In this document: positions 61,123-64,000 of the stretch, one piece after another | How positions within the stretch are numbered: the stretch's first letter is position 1 | Layout: every line of letters starts with the position of its first letter | Notes under the pieces: model-generated | The model's input: the letters and a program-made list of their open reading frames with translations, nothing else | Database searches by the model: none | What the model was told of the DNA's origin: nothing | Made by a program: the position numbers and the translations under genes | Assembly (NCBI GenBank): GCA_028713125.1 | Contig: JAQTOU010000001.1 | Location: 78,273-142,272, forward strand | Reading direction: 5' to 3' | DNA: 64,000 nt | Origin: Elusimicrobiales bacterium | GTDB taxonomy: Bacteria; Elusimicrobiota; Elusimicrobia; Elusimicrobiales; UBA9959

Positions 61123-62400
61123 CTAGCGCGCCAGTTTATACGGGTCGTCGGTGACGCCAAGCATGTAAACCGCGGCTTTTACGTTCTTTGAGACGGCCTT
61201 GTCCACTATCGCCGCTCCCGGGTAAAAAGTCGTGCCTTCCAGCTCAGTCGTGAAAGCGAAAATGCCGGCCGTGGAGTAGGCCCAGTCTGTGGTATCGCCG
61301 GTGGCTACATAAAGGTCGCTCGACTGCTCGGGCGTGTAGCCGGTGAAGGCGACCATTCCTTTCGCCATCGCTTCGAACACTTTGCGGTCCCTGGCGTTCT
61401 CCACCGGGACATCCTTGCCCGCCCAGGGATAAAGCAGCAGGCTGGAATAAGAGTGGTAGCTCATCAGGGTCTTTATATTCTTGCGGGCCTCTACGAAGCG
61501 CTTGATGACCCGGGTTTCTGGCTCGGAGAAAGCCGAGGGACCGCAATATGTATCGGCGGCCGGGGAATGCGAGGCGCCGGCCTGGCACCAGAGCGAGTCG
61601 TAATTGCGGTTCAGGTCCACGCCTATGCTCTTGTCGGAATTGACGCGCGTGTTTTTTCGGTGCCAGCGGTATTTGCCGGTCTGGATATCGTATTCGGCGC
61701 CGTCGGGGTTGGTCAGGGGCGCTATGTAAATATCCAGGGTCTCCAGGAATTTCTTCACTTCAGGCTCGCCTTTATGCGCCAGGAGGTAGGAGGCCAGGCC
61801 CAGCGCCACTTCGTTAGTGAGGTGTTCGCGCGCGTGGTGGTTGCCCATGAAGAAAGCGGCGGGGCGGGAGGAAGGGGTTTCGCCTTTTTCGGCGGGATTG
61901 ATGCGCAGGCACCAGATATCGCGGCCCTCCAGGCTTTTGCCGATGGAAAAAAGCGAGGTTTCGGCGGGATTATCCGCCGCCAGCTTCTGCAGCAGGTCCG
62001 CGGTCTCCTTATAGTTATGATAGACGGCGTCGGCGGCGGGAAAATCCTTGAGGTGGCTTGCCGCGTATTCCTGCATGGTCTGGCGGCTTCTGACGATAAA
62101 GCCCTTGGCGGCCAGCTGATCCAGGTCCCGTTTCTCGATCAGGCCGGAGACGGCGTATTTTCCTGTCTCGATGATGTCCAGGCCGGCGTCCAGCAGGGCC
62201 GTCCTGTCGTATTTGTCCCAGGCGGGCGCGGTGATCCAGTAGCGGGTATCCGACTGAAGATAATCAAGGGAAGTCCGGCTCTCCAGCGCCGGCTCGGGGG
62301 CGGCGGGAAGCTCGGCTCCCGAGCGCAGCTGGTCGAAAGGGCCGGCGGCGGCCGGGGAGCAGAGGGAGAACAAGAGGAAAGCGTGAAGTGTTTTTTTCAT
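61123..62400 (-). CDS. Secreted M14-family zinc carboxypeptidase
   Basis: 425 aa. Signal peptide present. Zinc motif NHHAREH (HxxE) and a downstream SYHSYS region. Confidence 0.85.
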   Translation of the reverse strand: MKKTLHAFLLFSLCSPAAAGPFDQLRSGAELPAAPEPALESRTSLDYLQSDTRYWITAPAWDKYDRTALLDAGLDIIETGKYAVSGLIEKRDLDQLAAKGFIVRSRQTMQEYAASHLKDFPAADAVYHNYKETADLLQKLAADNPAETSLFSIGKSLEGRDIWCLRINPAEKGETPSSRPAAFFMGNHHAREHLTNEVALGLASYLLAHKGEPEVKKFLETLDIYIAPLTNPDGAEYDIQTGKYRWHRKNTRVNSDKSIGVDLNRNYDSLWCQAGASHSPAADTYCGPSAFSEPETRVIKRFVEARKNIKTLMSYHSYSSLLLYPWAGKDVPVENARDRKVFEAMAKGMVAFTGYTPEQSSDLYVATGDTTDWAYSTAGIFAFTTELEGTTFYPGAAIVDKAVSKNVKAAVYMLGVTDDPYKLAR

Positions 62401-62475
62401 AGGTCCGCCTTTGTTTTAATATAGCAAACCCGCGGGGAGACGCGCCACGTTTTTAATCGCATTTCCCGGGAATAA

Positions 62476-62484
62476 TGTTATAAT
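62476..62484 (+). promoter_or_regulatory. Extended -10 box (TGtTATAAT) upstream of endonuclease I copy 2
   Basis: TGTTATAAT at 62476-62484, about 37 nt upstream of the TTG start. The GGAGG RBS is at 62512-62516. Confidence 0.4.
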
Positions 62485-62520
62485 TTATTTGGCGTACGAA
62501 AGAGGAAGTTCGGAGGCATT

Positions 62521-63408
62521 TTGAAACGCACCGCGCTATTGCTCGTGTTTGCCTTTGCCGCCCAGGGTTTTCTGCCCGGCCGACTGCCGGCGCAAAGCCT
62601 GCCCAGCTTAGAAGATTTCCAGTCCGGCCTGCCCGGACTGGCGGTTCCGTCCCCTCTCCCCCCGCTTCGCGCCCCGCAGTATCTCTCGCCGGCCGCCGGG
62701 TTAAGCGGAGAACAGCTTTTCCAGTTCCTGCATAAAGCCACCGAGATGCCGAACGGCCGCGGCGGCAAGGATTACCTTAACGCTAAAAAATTCATGTTCT
62801 CCTCGGCCGATAATACCGGCTGCGGCGGCGGCCCCGGTGTGACCTGTCTTTATTCGCAGGTCTGCGCCAGGGGCGCAAGCGAACACGGCGAGGATTATAA
62901 GGAACCGGGCGACGCCAACGGCGACGGGACCAACGATTCCGGCGGCATGAACGCGGAGCATTCCTGGCCGCAGGGCTTCTTCAACCAGGCCGCGCCAATG
63001 AAGTCGGATCTCCACCATATTTTCCCCACTTTCATAACCCCGAACAATACCAGGGGCTCCGTGCCCTTCGGACCTGTTGCCCGCCCGCAATACCAGACCG
63101 CCAACGGAACCAAATTCGACGGCGGGGAATTCGAGCCGGCCGATCACGTAAAAGGCGACATAGCCAGGGCGATACTTTATTTCGTCGTCCGGTATTATGA
63201 CCGGAACATCAGGGACGGGATGAGCTATAAGGACTTCTGGACCAGCCGCGTGCCGATGTTCCTGGACTGGAACAGGCAGGACCCGCCAGACGCGGCCGAG
63301 ATCCGCCGCAACGACCTTATCGCTAATTTCCAGGGCAACCGGAATCCTTTTGTGGATGACACGACGCTGGCCGCGCGGGTCGGCCTCCAGACTTTCCAGT
63401 CCCATTGA
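62521..63408 (+). CDS. Secreted endonuclease I (EndA/Vvn) family nuclease, copy 2
   Basis: 295 aa. TTG start in the same GGAGG-n4-TTGAAACGC context as copy 1. Motifs NAEHSWPQG, EPADHVKGDIARAILYF and NRNPFVDD. Confidence 0.8.
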   Translation: MKRTALLLVFAFAAQGFLPGRLPAQSLPSLEDFQSGLPGLAVPSPLPPLRAPQYLSPAAGLSGEQLFQFLHKATEMPNGRGGKDYLNAKKFMFSSADNTGCGGGPGVTCLYSQVCARGASEHGEDYKEPGDANGDGTNDSGGMNAEHSWPQGFFNQAAPMKSDLHHIFPTFITPNNTRGSVPFGPVARPQYQTANGTKFDGGEFEPADHVKGDIARAILYFVVRYYDRNIRDGMSYKDFWTSRVPMFLDWNRQDPPDAAEIRRNDLIANFQGNRNPFVDDTTLAARVGLQTFQSH

Positions 63409-63420
63409 TCATTTTACCCC

Positions 63421-63461
63421 GAAAAGAAAGAGCCCCGCTGCTGCGCGGGGCTTTTTCTTTT
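63421..63461. terminator. Bidirectional intrinsic terminator
   Basis: An 8-bp stem agccccgc/gcggggct (63431-63452). It is flanked by gaaaagaaag and tttttctttt, between convergent genes. Confidence 0.7.
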
Positions 63462-63473
63462 ATGCGGGGAGAG

Positions 63474-64000
63474 CTAAGGCTTTAACGGCGTAAGGCGGGC
63501 TTTGCCTGCGATGACGGCGAGGTTCAGGCGCACGATGTCGGAGGCGTAATCCATGAAAAGTGATTCAAGCTTGTCGCAGGCCTGGTGGTAGCAGGGGGTA
63601 TGGTCTTCCCAATGCTCTATGGAGAGATAGGTAGGGATGCCGGCCTCGAGAAAAGGCACATGGTCGCTGCCCCAGGCCGGCATGGCTATATGCGGCTGGA
63701 GCTTCGTATAAACCCGGGCGAGCGAACCCACCCAGTCGGCGTGGGCCGAGAATTCCTTATTGGTCTCTATTTCTATTATCCCGTCGCGGTTCCAGGCGAT
63801 CATGTCCATGTTTATGGCCCAGGCGACGCGGGCCAGCTCGCCGGAGGCTTTCATCCTCTTGACGCAGGCGTAGCTGCCGGTCATCTCGTTCTCTTCCCCG
63901 TTCGCCGTGACAAAGACAAGGTCATGGTCTGAAGAATAGGAGGTCAGGACCCTGGCCATCTCAAGCACGCCGGCGGCGCCGGAGGCATTATCGTCGGCCC
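63474..64000 (-). CDS. M28-family aminopeptidase (5' end runs off the window)
   Basis: The frame is open to the window edge. The DDNASGAAGVLE zinc-ligand motif is encoded at 63960-64000. GEENEMTGS and GSDHVPF motifs are present. Confidence 0.75.
   Translation of the reverse strand, partial: ADDNASGAAGVLEMARVLTSYSSDHDLVFVTANGEENEMTGSYACVKRMKASGELARVAWAINMDMIAWNRDGIIEIETNKEFSAHADWVGSLARVYTKLQPHIAMPAWGSDHVPFLEAGIPTYLSIEHWEDHTPCYHQACDKLESLFMDYASDIVRLNLAVIAGKARLTPLKP

Noticed and set aside
1-64000. A scan for rRNA, tRNA, CRISPR arrays, transposases, integrases and prophage genes.
   Set aside because: Reading the intergenic regions and ORF products by eye, I found no cloverleaf-like segments, no regularly spaced direct repeats, and no DDE/tyrosine-recombinase-like ORFs. 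A computational scan (tRNAscan-SE, Infernal, ISfinder) would be needed to be certain.

Overview
This is a GC-rich (roughly 60-65% by eye, not computed), almost gap-free coding window. It appears to come from an anaerobic diderm bacterium: it carries a four-subunit 2-oxoacid:ferredoxin oxidoreductase, a tungsten-type aldehyde:ferredoxin oxidoreductase, three TonB-dependent receptors and an AsmA-like envelope protein. I call about 57 protein genes. I recognised no rRNA, tRNA, CRISPR array, transposase or integrase. Most long antisense ORFs in the track are high-GC artefacts, and several track ORFs carry spurious N-terminal extensions, so I give corrected starts. Gene content from left to right: an lhgO-like gene with a heterodimeric ABC exporter; the oxidoreductase delta-alpha-beta-gamma genes; a long minus-strand metabolic operon (IDH-like dehydrogenase, HMG-CoA-lyase-like lyase, family III CoA-transferase, LeuCD-like hydro-lyase, class III aminotransferase, AOR, YihY-like protein, GT4); an NhaR-like LysR regulator; 3-oxoacid CoA-transferase A and B subunits; Mrp; an uncharacterised envelope gene pair with a YgiD-like dioxygenase; MntP; a nine-gene signalling cluster; a GlpA-like/DUF1667 trio with MsrB; PepF; a P-type ATPase; two paralogous DEAD-box helicases; a PLD-family protein; a beta-CASP RNase; and a secreted nuclease/peptidase/TBDR locus. 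The best candidate for an undescribed system is 26.8-35.7 kb. It holds two tandem modules, each a TonB-dependent receptor plus an orphan periplasmic binding protein. These are fused into one operon with a Cache-HAMP-PAS histidine kinase, a receiver-only regulator, and a GAF protein ending in an unnamed Cys/His module that recurs on a PAS protein at 39.4 kb. Other leads are the CoA-transferase/lyase-containing 2-oxoacid operon, a double ~140-nt hairpin element at 54.7-55.0 kb, a terminator inside the P-type ATPase leader, and a multi-hairpin leader on the CoA-transferase operon.
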